Source: Bdellovibrionota bacterium (GTDB lineage Bacteria > Bdellovibrionota_C > UBA2361 > OMIW01). From it: 38,186 nucleotides of DNA. The stretch is from the NCBI GenBank assembly GCA_044345055.1, contig JBIJBT010000020.1, forward strand, positions 1 through 38,186, written 5' to 3'. Both the position numbers and the translations under genes were made by a program. Under the pieces are notes generated by a model, which was given only the letters and a program-made list of their open reading frames with translations, did no database searches and had not been told where the DNA came from. Of the stretch, positions 36,158 through 38,186 are shown piece by piece (the first letter of the stretch is position 1; each line of letters begins with the position of its first letter).

Positions 36158-36686
36158 ATTCATTCAGAGCACCACCTAACCCAATAAAAATAATAGCTTA
36201 GCTGATAATTCAAGAAAAACTCTACTCCCGAATCTGCTCTTTTTAGCCGCAGCAGCCCCCGACTACCTGGTTCTTTTTTCCCACTCAGCTTGGAGGTACT
36301 TTGTCTTAAAAAATGGTTCCGTCCTGAGTACTTTGAGAGTTTTGGCGAAAAGAGGAGAGGTTGATGAAAAAGCCGGATACGTATTCCAAGAGATACGTTG
36401 AGGATTTTTTCGTTGACTCCGACGAAGTTGCAGTAAAACTATCAAAGTGCGGAACAGGAAATCATTTTTCACCACCCTGGTAGATTACTTGCAAGATTAA
36501 CAGTCCGTGCGACAACCAAATCGGCTCACCCTATCTGAATGGAAGGAATTACGTTTTTCTTTTTGCGGGTCGAGACCGAGCCTGAATCAATTATCGCTCG
36601 CATCTTTTAAGTGCTTTATTTTCGAGAGAGCGCATGTTTTAGAGGCAGAGAGTAGGCCTTGGCGCAGAGTGGGTGTCCCACCCCCA

Positions 36687-38186
36687 TCATCGCAGCAGCA
36701 CCCGATTGCTGGTCATAGTGCGGCCCGAGACGTTCTTTGCTCGACACCACATCCCTTTTTGGGCACCTGAGATGCGGGCAACGGCTGTTCCGCGCGAGCT
36801 GGTGATGATCATTCCATTTGCTGAACTTTTGCTGCCGGTGCAGGTGATCCTTAGTACAGCCTTTTTGAGGGGAGCTCGCACTTTGGTTTTACTCACGGTG
36901 TAACTAGTCACCATAATCCGAGCGACTGAACCCGAGACTGTGCCCATCTGACCGAGCGTGACTACGGGAGCGCCGGATCCGGAGGGAATGGGGATTTGGG
37001 TTGGGGTTCGGGTTGGGGTGGCTGTTGGGGTTGCGGTGGGGGTTCGGGTGGCAGTCGGAGTCGGGGTTGGGGTCGGCGTTGCAGTCGACATTGGAGTTGC
37101 CGTGGCTGTGAGGGTAAATGTTGGGGTTGCTGAGGGAGTGGCGGTTGGAGTTAGGGTTGGGCTTGGGGTGCTCGTTCGGGTGGCAGTTGGAGTTGCCGAG
37201 GCTGTTGGCGTTAAGGTTACAGTGGGTGTTGCCGTTGGGGTGGCGGTGAAGGTCGGTGTTGCCGTAGCAGTTGACGTGCTGGTCGATGTTGCGGTGAAGG
37301 TGGGTGTTGCTGTTGGGGTGGCAGTTGGAGTTGCGGTGGCGGTATGAGTTGCGGTGCTCGTTGCTGTCGGCGTTGCAGTAAATGTCGGAGTCGCTGTTGC
37401 GGTTGGAGTATCAGTTGGTGTCGCGGTGGCTGTGTGAGTTGCCGTAGCGGTATGAGTTGCGGTGCTTGTTGCGGTGGGTGTTGCCGTCGCGGTTGACGTG
37501 CTAGTCGCTGTTGCGGTGAAGGTCGGTGTAGCCGTTGGGGTGGCAGTTGGAGTTGCGGTGGCGGTGTGAGTTGCGGTGCTCGTTGCTGTCGGGGTGGAGG
37601 TTGCGGTTTCCGTTGGTGTCGGGGTTGCAGTGAATGTCGGAGTCGCTGTTGCGGTTGGTGTATCAGTTGGTGTCGCGGTGGCTGTGTGAGTTGCCGTAGC
37701 GGTGTGAGTTGCGGTGCTTGTTGCGGTCGGTGTTGCCGTAGCAGTTGACGTGCTAGTCGCTGTTGCGGTGAAGGTTGGTGTCGCTGTTGGGGTATCGGTC
37801 GGCGTCGCTGTAGCGGTGTACGTTGGGGTTTCCGTTGGGGTTGGGGTTGCTGTTTCTGTTGGTGTTGGGGTGACGGTGGGAGTTGGTGTTGGCGTCGGTG
37901 TGGGCACCGCACCGCTTCCGATAAGACTTACCTGTCGTCCATCAACGGTGAGGGTTGCCGATTGAGGGGTAGTGCTTACGGGAGCAAATGATACGGCAAC
38001 GGTGCAGGAGCTATTCGGGAGGACCGAATTACAGCCAGTTACCGCAGAGAACGGTGGATTTGCCGAGCTGGTGACGGCGGGTTCTGTGAGGGTTACGGAG
38101 CTGTTGTTGATAACCGAGAGATTTTGGCTAGCGATATCGCCGATGGAGACGGTACCGAAGTTAATGCCAAAGGTGCTTAAGGTTTG
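36687..38186 (-). CDS. 5'-truncated surface/secreted protein: ASH/choice-of-anchor-D-like Ig domain, ~310-aa Thr/Ala/Pro stalk and basic ~95-aa C-terminal domain
   Basis: The frame stays open from 37907 to the window end: [30 protein letters not shown]…[25 protein letters not shown]…[16 protein letters not shown], an ASH-type pattern. The ORF-track start at 37907 is therefore internal. Confidence 0.8.
   Translation of the reverse strand, partial: QTLSTFGINFGTVSIGDIASQNLSVINNSSVTLTEPAVTSSANPPFSAVTGCNSVLPNSSCTVAVSFAPVSTTPQSATLTVDGRQVSLIGSGAVPTPTPTPTPTVTPTPTETATPTPTETPTYTATATPTDTPTATPTFTATATSTSTATATPTATSTATHTATATHTATATPTDTPTATATPTFTATPTPTETATSTPTATSTATHTATATPTATPTATPTFTATATSTSTATATPTATSTATHTATATHTATATPTDTPTATATPTFTATPTATSTATHTATATPTATPTATPTFTATSTSTSTATATPTFTATPTATPTVTLTPTASATPTATRTSTPSPTLTPTATPSATPTFTLTATATPMSTATPTPTPTPTATRTPTATPTATPTRTPTQIPIPSGSGAPVVTLGQMGTVSGSVARIMVTSYTVSKTKVRAPLKKAVLRITCTGSKSSANGMIITSSRGTAVARISGAQKGMWCRAKNVSGRTMTSNRVLLR
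36995..37904 (-). repeat. Low-complexity (T-X)n coding repeat with higher-order internal duplication
   Basis: TPTATAT-type dipeptide repeat. The anchor GTGAAGG recurs at 37768, 37516 and 37294, giving units of 252 and 222 nt. Confidence 0.9.

Noticed and set aside
36995..37904. Possible CRISPR array or non-coding tandem repeat
   Set aside because: The repeats are codon-periodic with synonymous variation and have no repeat-spacer structure. No cas genes are in the window.
36958..37965. Val/Gly/Ala-rich + strand ORFs and the Gln/Pro/Arg-rich alternative-frame ORF (37217-37912)
   Set aside because: These are by-products of the stop-free Thr-rich repeat. The Thr frame continues into a recognisable Ig-like domain.

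Overview
Bacterial chromosomal window from a flagellated organism. A Deltaproteobacteria/Bdellovibrionota-like origin is suggested by gene style, but this is inference only. The left third is housekeeping: tRNA-Leu(CAA), a FemAB-like GNAT protein, type-2 ileS, ispH, a LamG-like membrane protein, rplI-rpsF (rpsR absent)-pth-rplY-prs, tRNA-Gln(UUG) and a divergent Rsm22/METTL17-family methyltransferase. The middle holds a translationally coupled four-gene defence operon (SNF2 helicase, frameshifted DUF1016/YhcG nuclease, Type III Mod, Type III Res), then an unannotated ~170-nt rod-shaped RNA-like element and a stand-alone gltB. The right part holds a PD-(D/E)XK/Rpn-like nuclease and two convergent orphan genes with sigma28-like promoters, one a HAD-IIB phosphatase fused to a TadA-like zinc deaminase. 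These are followed by a sigma54-type fliK-flgD-flgE operon and the 3' part of an Ig-like/Thr-rich surface protein. The best novelty candidates are the HAD-deaminase fusion (a possible nucleotide-depleting or flagellum-exported effector), the rod-like RNA with an antisense small ORF, the SNF2-coupled Type III R-M operon and the structured rplY leader. No database searches were run; all calls come from motifs read by eye.
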